DNA of 64,000 nt from Bugula neritina (taxonomy: Eukaryota; Animalia; Bryozoa), in the NCBI GenBank assembly GCA_964035545.1, contig OZ037773.1:9887751-9951750 (forward strand), written 5' to 3'. Numbering within the stretch: position 1 is the stretch's first letter; each line of letters starts with the position of its first letter. Positions 1 to 12,849 of the stretch are shown here, piece after piece. A program made the translations under genes and the position numbers. The notes under the pieces are model-generated. The model was not told the DNA's origin. It was given only the letters and a program-made list of their open reading frames with translations, and did not search any database.

Positions 1-1
1 A

Positions 2-460
2 GGGCATTGTGGGGAGCTGAAAGAAAAGCTGATTGCAGATTATTTCTACGTGGATCTTTTCAGTTTTTCTCTTGTGCCAGCAATAATTATTATAATATGT
101 AACAGTTTACTGCTCTACAGACTTTCAAGGACAACTAAGGTCGCGGGATCCAAGGACAAGCGGCTACGTGCTCTGACGGTTATGTTGACAGTAGTTAATG
201 TTGAGTTTGTTGTGACCACTCTGCCTGTCTCCATTTACTATTTAGTCCATCAGAATTTCGACAGCGTGAAAAATAATGACAGGGTCACGATTGTAGGGGC
301 TGCCTGTTTCCTCTTGTTGCAGTATTTTGGAACTGCCGTTACATTTTTCCTTTACTGCCTTACTGGTACTCAGTTTAGAGAAAGTCTGAAGCAGGTTTTC
401 AGTGTATGCGTCCCTTCAGGTCAGCTTAGTCGCTTTGGTACTGAGTCTACAGTTATGTAG
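2..460 (+). CDS. Rhodopsin-like (class A) GPCR, 3' part (ECL2 to C-terminus); 5' end outside window; paralog of the GPCR at 4647-5654
   Basis: Frame is open from base 2 (GHCGELKEKLIADYFYVDLFSFSLVPAIIIIICNSLLLYRL...LTVMLTVVNVEFVVTTLPVSIYY...LQYFGTAVTFFLYCLTGTQFRESLK). TM5-TM7 and helix 8 (FR) align with the neighbouring GPCR. Confidence 0.9.
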   Translation, partial: GHCGELKEKLIADYFYVDLFSFSLVPAIIIIICNSLLLYRLSRTTKVAGSKDKRLRALTVMLTVVNVEFVVTTLPVSIYYLVHQNFDSVKNNDRVTIVGAACFLLLQYFGTAVTFFLYCLTGTQFRESLKQVFSVCVPSGQLSRFGTESTVM

Positions 461-1683
461 GTCAAAGTTCTGATATAAACTCGCAACAGCAATCTCGTTT
501 ATTGTAATTACTTATAGTGTTAGACAAAGAGATGGGTTTCACTTGCATATTTACTACATGTACATATGTATGTGTATGTCTAAATATCTTGTGTTTATAA
601 ACAAAATTTGTAGTACATATAATAAATCAAACTGAATCAGTATGAGATATAGTATAGAATTTGCTGTTTTGTAGCTATAAAAAGTTTTAAGATGCAGGGA
701 ATTTATTTCAACTACCATCACATTACTTGAATATAATAATCACTGAATTATTAAATAATTTGTTTTATATTTTCAAAAGCTTTTATCAAAGTATTTTTTA
801 CTGTCTTTTCTTTTTATTTGTACGTGTAACCACTTCTTATAGAGAGATATTTTATTTTTGTTGTTTCTTTGTTCTTTGATATTTTGTTACATATTTTCAA
901 AATAAAATTATAATCATCTCACTGCTCAAATGTTCATTCAAGCATTCAGCCACACTTTTATAACCTGTATTGTTTATATAGTGTGTTAGGCTAGACTGCA
1001 CAAATTCCACATATTTACTATCAGTTTGTTGCTTGAATTAGCAGTTTATAACATAGCAGAAAATTTGCTACTATTAGTTTCATTATCATTTATTTAAAAG
1101 CATAATTCACGTAAGTCATCAATATGAGAATAATCATTACAAAGCAAAACTTCAAAATAAAATAGTTTTTTAAACTCAAATAAAAAATCAAAAAAATCAC
1201 TTATTCCCTTTGGTTTAATTCCTTTTGAACTTTTCACCAAAATATTCCTCAAATATATAAACTAACAAAATAAATTCGATTGCAATAAACATTCACCTTT
1301 AAATCATAACCAATAGCGCTGTTTTATTTTTGGTATATATTGATTAAAGCTGCTGTTTTAAATTGGTTTTGAAGTGTCATGCTAGTTTAGGCATGTCCCT
1401 GAATCACAAGGGAGTAAAATACTTTCATATATTCAAAATAACAAAACTCTTGAGCACTTAATGTGGATGAATTACTTGTATTGATTTTTAAACTACATAG
1501 CCTACTCAGAAAGATCTGTTTATGAGCGATAAAGTAAACATATCCTTATAAACTTTTGGTTGCATGTAACTTCAAAATATTTTCATGACACTCGGGAATT
1601 CATATCATAGCTCTAATTATTTACAAAATATTAGTTTGTTGAAAACAGTGAAGAGAAAATATTACTAATTGGGTTAGAACAAC

Positions 1684-2010
<327 letters not shown>

Positions 2011-4646
2011 ACGACCTGATGATCGTAGCTCGCACTACGTGAAACAATATTGTAGTCAATAGAATGAAGATCTAAGTTTATTTTTATATCCAAAATTGTA
2101 TTAGTACCAAATATATATATATATATATATATATATTCATTTTCAAGCTCTTGAGTGGTTTAATCTGAATATAAAACAAAGTCATTGACTCTCTACTTGT
2201 AGTTATAGTATGTAAGCTAATACCCCTATATTATTATTTAGGAAGGCTACATCTTGTTTGTGCAAGCAATCAGATAATCAACTTTTCAAAAGGTGTACAA
2301 AATTTTTAACCAGCTGGGGATATTTCACTTATCTTTTCTTATTAATTTTAAAATTTCATCCAAGATTCTAAATATAGTCTAACAGCTATTTGCACTTTAC
2401 AACTGCATTAGTGCATTACAAGTGCATCTGTTAATTTAAATCAGTAAATGCACCTTGGAATAGCTATATTCCCAGCTGTGAACTTTTCTACTTGGGATCA
2501 TTCAACCACTGCTGTTTACACCACTGTCTGACATGTGCCCTGAATATAATATTTAGACACAGGATGTGCTAAAATTAAGTTATAGTGCAATATAGGGGTG
2601 AGTTTTCGTAATTAAATCAGTTCATTATAACACGGACAGTATTTAGATACCATCTCATTACGCTATGACCTGGCAATTCAACACTGTATGATCTCTCATC
2701 GTTTCATATTAAGTAAGTTATAATCAGTTAACTCACAGACTTGGTAAGTTGAATTGTATTCATCAATATATGTATAGTTATATAAGTTTTTTTTTTAAAT
2801 AGTGTTTACATATATACTGACATTTCATTAAATCATTAGCTGAAATCTCTCCTGCCAGGCTTAAAACCTCATTCATCAAGATATTGGGACCGCATAGTGT
2901 GTTCATATATGCTTTTTTCTAGTATTCATGGGATGCAGTATATTAATCAAAAACAACTAAAATTAAAGAGGCATTCCTGTGTGTTTGAAGAGGTTTTCCT
3001 ACCTTTTCCGTCTCCATATTTTTTGTATAGTATAACTGTCAGCACAATATATAAAATTCTAAACCTCCCATTTTACACGTAGTACAGTGCTTTTTGTTTT
3101 ATCAGGAATGACCTTTTATAGCTCAAAAAATTAGCAAGTTTAGTTTAAATTATTATAATAATGCCAAAAAGTTATAAATATTTCATGATTGTAGGGACAA
3201 CTTCCAATATAGACTTTCTCATGTAAGAAGAATTGACATAAACTATGAACATAGTAGTTTACCTTAAAGCTCTTATATAGTGAGCACTTTAGCTATTGTA
3301 ATGGTCCACTTGCATCTATATCTTTGAACATTTTCTATAATACAATCAACCCGTTTACATGCATCTATATATTAGATGTGAATGCTGTATGATGATATCT
3401 CATTGTGTTTGCATACTCTACCATCTTTTTGTTTACAACAAGTTCATTATATAAGCACTGTGTAAAACATTTCTTAAGCTTGTTTTTCACCTATAATTAT
3501 AATTACCTAAGAACTTTTGCGTTTTTGGTAATTAGATTTATCTTTCCTTTAATTTATTATACCAATATTTATTTATAAAATTGTAGACTCCAATTGACTT
3601 ACACTGTATAAACTTTATTTGATAAGAAGATAAAATTTGGTGTGTACAAAAATATAATAATATATTATGATATGATAATATAATATTAATAATTACTTGT
3701 CATCACTTTTCATGATTTTTCAATAATATTAAAATGCAATACAGTATAATAGGGGAATTGCGGAAAACTACCATATATTTTGTAACCCATTTGTACAGCA
3801 TACCATGCCTAAGTGTAATAATTACAATATTTTAGTTAGTTTATATTGTTACTAAAGCACTATATATGCAACTTTAAACTACACCACGTGAAATTTATGT
3901 ATTATATATGACTATTGAAAAGCTATCTGTAGTACATATGGTGGCTTATCTATGCTTCAAGTAGCATACGGCATGCACTGTATTGTATTTTACACTCCAA
4001 ACCTTCCTATCAGCACTTGAATTAACACCCTCATTGAGTTATGTTTAAACATGCCATGCAATTAAAATGCATTTCAACTCAACTCGCCAGAGTTATCAAT
4101 GTTCAGTTATAAATTACCATTTTACTATATAACACCTGCACTTGTGCTTAAACACGTCCTGGATAAAACAACTATTATGTTTATATATACGATTTTGGTT
4201 TTAGCGATACAAGCTACGAAGAGTAATTAGTGTTTTATTGTTTACAGCTAAGTTAAATAGGAAAAATGGTAGGTTCTTATTTTGATGATTTGGTTTTTGC
4301 TATTTGGCATATGGAAAGTTTGACAATATGTAATTTAATGTCAAACAAATGGAAGTTATCTTATATTTTAGATTTTTTTCAATATAAGCAACCAGTATAT
4401 TTCATTTAAATGCATTGGCTGCAAAAAAGTCGTTTAGGAAAGTACTGTAATTTCAGTGGCAAAATAAATTTCAGTCTGATCGACTTAAATCTTAACCGGA
4501 GACCTGTATGTTTCAGTAGAAATTATGTTTTATATATTATTTGAAAGGAAGTTTCAGCCAACTGTCAGCATAAACTGTGAAATTATTTATTATAAATATT
4601 TTAGTTGCGACTCTTCAACGACGGCCACCTTCTCACAACTGGAGAA

Positions 4647-5654
4647 ATGAATGCATCCAGTGAAATAGCTACAAACACTTCAAACTTCCAGAGATTGTGC
4701 AGCAAGAAATACAATGACATCTGGTTATATGTTGGACTAATCATCTTATGCTCTGGTACCATAGGGCACCTGCTTTCCATCACTGTGACACTCTCCAGCA
4801 GGTCTATGAGACTCCATTCCTCTACTGTCTACATATCCTCTCTCTCATTGGCAGCTCTGCTAGCTCTGTATACCGGTCTACTACGCTACGTGACAATATA
4901 CACGGACCTCCATGCAATAGACTTCAGACGAGGTTCAGAGGTCAGCTGTAAACTACACACTATGCTAACCTACATGTCACTTCAATTCTTTGCCTGGATC
5001 CAAGCAACAATTGCTGTAGATAGACTGATAGCCGTTTGGAGTCCTCATAAATATAAAGTGTGTAACAGTTGGAAGAAAGGTTTATTGGTAGTGTTAGTAG
5101 AGTTGGTGCTAGTCACGTCACTAAATGTGATTGTGCTTGTCTTAGCAGAGTTAGACGAGAATAGTTACTGCAGTGCGTTAAATCAAAAGTTGGCGAATGT
5201 TTGGTATGTCGTTGATATGCTTAGTTTTTCACTTTTGCCTGCAACAGTTATTATTTTATGCAACAGTTTGATTTTATTCAAACTGCATCGTCACAAGCAG
5301 AGCCAAAGTAGTTCAACACATCGAAAGATACACTCTTTAAACATGACTCTGATGGTAGTGAACCTCGTGTTTCTGGTTACAACGCTGCCCATATCCTTAC
5401 ACTTTATACTCATCAGAGTTCACGTCATAAGCAATGCTGATTTAGAGTACTGCCTACTGTATGCCATGTTTGGTCTAACTCAATACTTTGGAATTTCCTG
5501 CACATTTCTTGTTTATTGCATCACTAATGGGAATTTCCGTCTAAAGCTTCAAAGTTTGTTTCAAAAGTATATTTGCTGTAGTTGTTGTCAGAAGATTGTG
5601 AGTTCCAAAGTTAATCCCAGTATGTATACTTCAGAAAATACCATTCCTCTTTAA
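4647..5654 (+). CDS. Rhodopsin-like (class A) GPCR, peptide-receptor-like (FMRFamide-receptor-like grade), 335 aa, single coding exon
   Basis: Seven hydrophobic helices, N-terminal N-glycosylation sequons (NAS, NTS), TM3 Cys (SCKL), DRL at the DRY position, TM5 LLP...CN, TM6 TTLP, TM7 FLVYC, helix 8 FR and a C-terminal Cys cluster. The ORF-track TTG start at 4605 directly follows a tttttag acceptor; the first ATG is at 4647. Confidence 0.93.
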   Translation: MNASSEIATNTSNFQRLCSKKYNDIWLYVGLIILCSGTIGHLLSITVTLSSRSMRLHSSTVYISSLSLAALLALYTGLLRYVTIYTDLHAIDFRRGSEVSCKLHTMLTYMSLQFFAWIQATIAVDRLIAVWSPHKYKVCNSWKKGLLVVLVELVLVTSLNVIVLVLAELDENSYCSALNQKLANVWYVVDMLSFSLLPATVIILCNSLILFKLHRHKQSQSSSTHRKIHSLNMTLMVVNLVFLVTTLPISLHFILIRVHVISNADLEYCLLYAMFGLTQYFGISCTFLVYCITNGNFRLKLQSLFQKYICCSCCQKIVSSKVNPSMYTSENTIPL

Positions 5655-8096
5655 ATAATGGTTTATGAAAACCCTAGTTCACACTTAAAATAATTATTTT
5701 GTGCTTATATAAGAGTGACTTTGTTGAATGAGAAATTTGATGTGAAATAAAACTATGATAATCAGGAGCGCGTAGCAAAAATTTAAATAATATAAAACTA
5801 ACCAATTTGCTGCAAACAAAAATTATTACCGATAGAGAAATATTTTAATCTTTGTATAGTAATTACATATGATGTAATAAAAAGTTAGCAATATTTATTA
5901 TATATTTCCCAGTAGTAATCTTAAGAAACTGTTTAGCTGCAGTATTATATAATACATTTATTTATTTGCATTTATCTATATGTTGCAAATTTTTATATTA
6001 TAAAACATGTCAGAATAGCAAATATCATTGTACTTACTATATACTATAATTGCTATACTAACGCATAACTTCAATAAGCTCATATATTAAGAATACAAAT
6101 ACAACATTACAAAAGTAATCTTTCAGAAAATTATTTTACAACTTTGAGCTTATTTTGAATATTTCTCGTTAGTTCACAATAAATTGCTTATTATGCAGAA
6201 CTAAAAGTCATGTATTTGATTGTCGTGTTCTCACTTGCAATTGAGTTGGGAAAACAACCAGCAAACATCGATATAATGTATTATACATAGGTGTCTTCTC
6301 TCCAACTGATTGAGCATGTATGCAATTGTATAACATCTATCATTTAGTATTGAAATTTTAGTGATATGCCTGCAGTACACATTGTTAGTACATTCATAGC
6401 TCTGCAGTGAATCACTCAATGAGTGGACAACTCTTAGAATAAGCTTCAAGTTCCGAGTATATAAATAAATGCATATAGTATAGTTGCAAAGAGAAGGAAT
6501 AAAGTATGTGTATAGTGTGATGGCATGCATGCATGAAAGGCTTTGTGCACATGACTACGTCTTTATCACTTCATCCAATCCATCATAATAATATATGTTT
6601 ATTCATTTGTGGTAGTCTGCTTTGACAGCTATATAGACTATTTGCATGATATATCAGTTAATCAGCTAATCTGCATAGTAAGTCATTGCCTGAGGTAAAT
6701 ATACAAATTGTTTAAACTTAGTAGTTACTAAAGTTTTTTTAAGTCTATTAAATAATACCTGAGACTTAATACTGCATCACAAGACTTGATACTGCTGCTA
6801 ATCTGAAAGAAAGTAGACAAGTTAAAGTATCATGCAGAATGAAGATTATAAAAGATAGCCTGCTTACGGAAGTGACTTTCTAACCTTAAGAGGGGGCAGG
6901 TATAGCCACTCCCAAGCTTAGACAAAGGAGAAATAAGCCAACTATAGTCCAAAGGTTAGTATAACAAATGTAGGGCAAGTATTTCAATCATCTGCATACA
7001 AACACATGTGTTATCATTCCTGTGTACAGTCAGGCGTGCAATAGCAGTGTATCAGCTAAGTTAGTATTTCTCTGCGCTGCAACTAGTAGGGGATTTGAAC
7101 ATACACAGCGTAATCCTCACAATGTACTTATAGCTGGATATAAAATATATACAGTACACAGATACAATTACCCAGATCTTATCTGATCTAAAGGTCGTCT
7201 GTGGGGGAGCTATAGCCAACAGCCCGTTCATTCCACGTTCTGTAAGTAACTTTCTAACTTTTATTATATATAGTGATCGTTTCAAGTGAGGAAAGTATGA
7301 ACGAGAAATTATATTACATGCTTTGAGAAGACAATTACCATTGCAGCCATTTTTAGAAGGGTCTGCTGTTTTTTAAATTAGCATCAAGTAGACAGTAATC
7401 AATATTGGCTATGCTATGAAAAGAGATCTATAGCTGCAGCACAAAGTCTGGAGCCACCATGAGTGCAGTTTAGAGTTTGGTTGATGATGTGCATGCACAC
7501 TTAATGCCCTCCATAACCCACACTCTGTGCTGCATGTATAGCTACCTATAGTAATGCAAGTGGTTTCTACTAACCAAGTGGATATAATTCTATGCTTTAT
7601 ACGGGACGATACCTCACTCCCCTCAATAATTGAATTATAAAGCTGCTAAGCTGTCAGTCAACAAATGTATATTTATATCAAGTTAATTTTAAGTAAATGT
7701 TAATCAATATAATATAACCAAAGCAATAAGCTGATGGGTTTTACTCACTGTTGCTCATCCAGCACAACTGTCTGGCCTATAAGTTATTGCTATTAGCTTT
7801 ATTAGTTATAATTATTCAATATGAATAGTTGAGCTCCAGCGGTTGAAAGGCTGGTGTAGCATGACACCCACAGTGCTACAAGGTTTATTTTACTTGTGGA
7901 ACTCTACTAAACTTTTAGCAGTGAGATTATGATAACTCTGCAACAATTGCTATAAAAGTGTATAGTATATTATTCACCCTTGAAGCTAGTTGTAGTTGGC
8001 ATAGCTTTTATATAAACTGTAATACAAGTTTATAGTCACCATCCCCATCCACTGATATACTCAGCAACTTGAGTTGCTATATCTTGCAGGGTCAAC

Positions 8097-8306
8097 ATGG
8101 CAGATAATGGACAGAAGTTTGACTATCTTGGATTAATAGTGGGCCTAGTGTGTGGAGAGTTTATGAACATTCTACAAGGTTACGTGTCTTTCCATACAGA
8201 GATGCCGAGAGAGACGCTATCTCTGGTTTCTTTAGGTTTTTACTTACTAATCTTTGCTTATCTGCTTAGAAGGCCGCCTGTTGCAGTTGACAAGAAAGAC
8301 AATTGA
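8097..8306 (+). CDS. Putative 69-aa two-TM microprotein with C-terminal KKXX (KKDN) ER-retrieval signal
   Basis: Acceptor atcttgcag 7 nt upstream, ATG in good context (caacATGG), two hydrophobic segments (YLGLIVGLVCGEFMNILQGYV; TLSLVSLGFYLLIFAYLL), basic flank RR, terminal KKDN; more GC-rich than its flanks. Confidence 0.65.
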   Translation: MADNGQKFDYLGLIVGLVCGEFMNILQGYVSFHTEMPRETLSLVSLGFYLLIFAYLLRRPPVAVDKKDN

Positions 8307-9240
8307 AAAAGAAACAACCACACAACAATCTATATTATGTAACTTGTAATGCATTGTACAAAATAGAATAATGATCCTATTAATTATTTTTGTTTTAAAT
8401 ATATGATTATGCCAATTGATGTAATGCTGACTTTAAAAAAAGATATTTCATTTTATAGACCATCTTTTTTCTGCTCAAAATATTATTGTTATCAAAATTG
8501 TATGTAATTGAACTAATTTAATATATCATTATTTGCACAGATAATTACTATTCAAGTCAAATTTATTAGATTGACTTAGTATAACTAGGTCATATAAATG
8601 CATCTTTCAGTTGAACAACTTCCAGCAGTATTTTTTAGATTGTAAACAGGGATGTAAACTACATGCAGATACTTTTAAATTATATTTTAAATAAAGTTAA
8701 AAACGCCATATTTTGAAATAGCTATTCCAAAAACTAAACTGCAAAACAAATAGCATTCATTTAATTTTTAGAAAGCATCATATACCACGTGTACCACGCA
8801 GAAACACACTATAATATATATACATCGTTGGCTATTTCCTAATCTATATAAAGAGTATATATACTGTAGCTGATTCATAGTTTTATGTAATAGACAAGTG
8901 AACTATTGATGCTTGCAAAATATGTATACTTCGATCAATATATTAATAGGTAAGTTGTTAGTGCAAGTATTAAATATTTATTTTCATATTTCAGCTTAAA
9001 AACTAAATATTATAACAAAAAAATTAAAAATTTAATTAAATGAAAAAAAGTAAAAGAGAAATTCAGCATTCTACTTTTGTTATGTAATGCTATCTTTGCT
9101 AAAATGAAATCATTTTTTAACAAAAGCAAACAAACAACTATGCGGGTGTTCTACGAATATGTACTTTGTGTATTTAAAATAAATTAATTCCATCATTGCT
9201 GTTTGGAGTTGTCCACTCAAATACTTGTTTATTTTTGCTG

Positions 9241-11547
9241 TCAGTTGCTTACTTTACACGTCCAGTAGTGCATAACACAGATATTCGGTACATCTGGAGA
9301 ATATGGTGAGTTCCAGCAGCGGCAGCTACAAGAGATAACTTAATGGCAGCTTCTCTTTCACACAGTGCTTTATCATACATACTCCAGTATAAGATGATTT
9401 AAATAATATTTAAAATAACAAATAGTTTCATTAATAAACCGTTTTATATCATTAGGCATGTCTTTGATGATTGAATTTATTAAGAATCCGTGTACGTATA
9501 TACACATGTATTATACTGTGCAGTAACCAATCACAATGCATGTCTTATATGAATACACATGTATACTGTGCAGTAACCAATCACAATGCATGTCTTATAT
9601 ATGAATACACATGCATACTGTGCAGTAACCAATCACAATGCATGTCTTATATGGATACACATGCATACTGTGCAGTAACCAATCACAATGCATGTCTTAT
9701 ATAAATAAACGTGCTATAACTGTATCTGACAAGCTTACATCATATTTTATGCTATGTGAAACTATTCTGAGATATTGCCAGCTGTGCCCTAGCTAATGTG
9801 TACTAAATAGAATTATAAGCTGTAACTACTGAATGAGAAATATGCATACTCTGCTCTATTCTATTATTGTGATCAGCTATATTGTCAGCTTCTACTGTCA
9901 GCATATACATAGAAAAGCAGAGCTTCTTATAAGTTATCTAACTGTAACCTTCTATATCACCCACTTGTACTGTGAGAGTCCCAACAAAAAGTGCATATTT
10001 CACTTAACAAACAATGAAGAAAATGTCAAGTTCAACAGAGTTTTCTAATGTAATCTATATTTGAATGAGTTTTTACAAACCACTTGCTCAAAACATTCAA
10101 ACTCTCATTGGCTTTTTGGAGATGTTTTGAATAAAATATTGTTGGGAGTTGAAATCTTACCTGTATGAAGTTCCATACCCAATCCTCTTTACATTCAGCA
10201 GTGCGCCAGAAGTATCTTCAGAACTACACTTGGCTGATAAAACTCTTGACTGCAAAAGTTATAGCTTCAAAGAATTAATTAAAAAGTTGTTATAAACATA
10301 ATACTCAACGTTATGCATTATAAACTTTTGTGACTGTTTCTGGTACTTTATGCCTGTGCAATAAATTTCAGAGTGCTTCAGAACAAAAATAACAAAACAA
10401 AAACACCGTAAACATACATCTATATATAAACGAATTTATGCCATTCAAAATTACACAATGCATGCACTTGTAATATAAGCTGTTTCTTCTGTTACGTTAC
10501 ATAATTTGTCTTCCATTCCACAGATTTAACAAATAAAAAGTTTTTAAGGATGCAGAAAAGATGAATACCAATGCAAATAATAACTTATGAGACATCAGAA
10601 AAAGTTATTACCATTGCTTTTCAATGAATATTTTACCTATCAGATCTTTGTGTGTCTACTTTTTGACACACATATCAGTCTCCAAACTCACTAACCTTAG
10701 CAGTATCTGAAACTTCAATTGTCTCAACACTTTCATCTGACAGGAATGAGTTAATCTGTGATTCCTTGTTATAATAGCACAGAGATGGGTCGATGGGTCC
10801 GGGTAGTCCCTGCATGGAGCATAAGGAATGAACAGAGTACTGCTTTAACATGTTTTTATTCATATTTCAGATTTACCCCCTTTTGGAAATGAATAAATAA
10901 ATTTATGCATTCATTTAGTCACAAAAAACACAAACTTGCTGTATTAAGTAAAATCCTGCTTTTAATTAGCTTAAAAGAAAATTCATAATTTAAAGAAAGA
11001 AAGATTAGTTTAAATGATCGAATTCGTAAACTTGGTTTTTTAAATATTCAGAAATGATAAAAAATATTGTAAAAGTTTAGGTCAACATTGCATTGGAAAC
11101 TATAGTATGAATATCATAACAAACAGAAAAATTGACATATCAATATGATGCAAAACGTCGGGAGGATAAGTATAAGCTAATAACAGACAAAGATTTAAAC
11201 TGTTGCAATTATATTTTGAAACTGAGGCATACCTTGGGACCAGCTTCTCCTGTAATTCTCTGTAAATCAAGTACATAGTTCGTTTTAAATTACGTCGCTC
11301 TAAACATGGCTGGTGAAGTACATATATAAGATTGGATGAAAATACTGTGTGTATGAAGCTCAGTATATACTACAACAAGTGAGTTTGTTTTGGAGTTGTT
11401 CTACTTGCATGATAATTGATTGACATTAGCGAACCTAATCAGTCAAATCTTATATCATGTCTATAGTACAACTGAAGGATTTTCAATAGTTATTTTAAGG
11501 TATATATTATATGATATTCTGGTATACATTGTAAATGTTTTCATCAG

Positions 11548-11587
<40 letters not shown>

Positions 11588-12784
11588 CTTACATTCATAG
11601 CTGACTGCCATATTCTTTTTTGGTATTGAAGCTGAAACATGGTACCATAAATTAAAATAGTTTTTTTCATTTTGCGGTTTTGCCACAGATTTCAATGAGC
11701 CACCAACATTTATTCAATTTCAGCTTGTTATAAGCTTATTGTCTATTATGAAAAGCTATAGAATTATAATAACTTCTACTATAATCAGTCAATAGGCCTA
11801 AAACCTTACAGTAGTATACAGTCATATTATTTGCAAAGTGATTAATAAACACTAAATCACTGTTAAATTTATCCTACAACTTGTTAATTACACAATTTTC
11901 TTACAAAAAAGTCAAGCAAGTTTATAGTTGATATCCCGTGAGAATCCCTAAGTTTTTCTTAAGCAGGCCAAGAAGTTATTCAATATTATATCACAGGCCT
12001 GGGCATATATGAATCGATATTCTTTCTAGCATCACCATTGACCTTTACTGGGGTTGGAACCCATGCATGCTGCAAGCTTACTAAACCAGCGCTCTTTTCC
12101 CTAGACCACTGCAGCTGCCCCCTTTTATTCGTTCTTACAAGTTCATTTAATATGAGTTATTTTTATTTAAATTTGCCTTTTACCAGTGTTCGAAGCCACA
12201 ATTAAAATTAATTTAAGTTACTTCAATGGTGTGTCTAATTTACAGTTCCCCTTGATGAAAATTAGACTTAAAAGTAAAATTTTGCGACAGTAAAAAATCC
12301 TTGTTTTATCAAAACCCTTTGCATGTTGTATTAGAGCTTTAAATAATTCTATAACCAATTGCTTAAATGTTTTTAAATCATTTTTAAGCAGCCTACGTTA
12401 GTATTGAGTTGGTTCACTCTTGACTTCTGACTGCCAAGTCTCAACTTTTCTGTGGCCAACTGAAAATATAAAATAATTATGTTATACAATTAATATCAGT
12501 CTAATGAATATATTTAACTTTTTCATTGTGCTATATATGTCAATTATTAAAAAATGTATATTTATTATAATATTACATAGAACAAATTGTATATGGACAT
12601 AGTTAAACTTTGGATTTTAATTTTGTCAAAAGAATATATTATTATGGTGAGCTAACAAATATTTTGGACTACAAGTTACTAATTTTCTTAGCAATAAAAT
12701 GTTAAACTTTAAGAAATCAATTAAACTTTGAAATGCGTAAAAAATTATCGGCATAATTTGAATATATTAACTATAATTTTTAAT

Positions 12785-12849
<65 letters not shown>

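Noticed and set aside
4601-4951. Overlapping short ORFs at 4601-4783 (-) and 4748-4951 (+), and antisense ORFs such as 19253-19489 and 54244-54510
   Set aside because: Shadow frames of real coding exons.
9471-9704. Cys-rich repeat ORF, or a CRISPR-like array
   Set aside because: Head-to-tail 52-bp minisatellite with no unique spacers, in a eukaryotic intron, with no cas genes.
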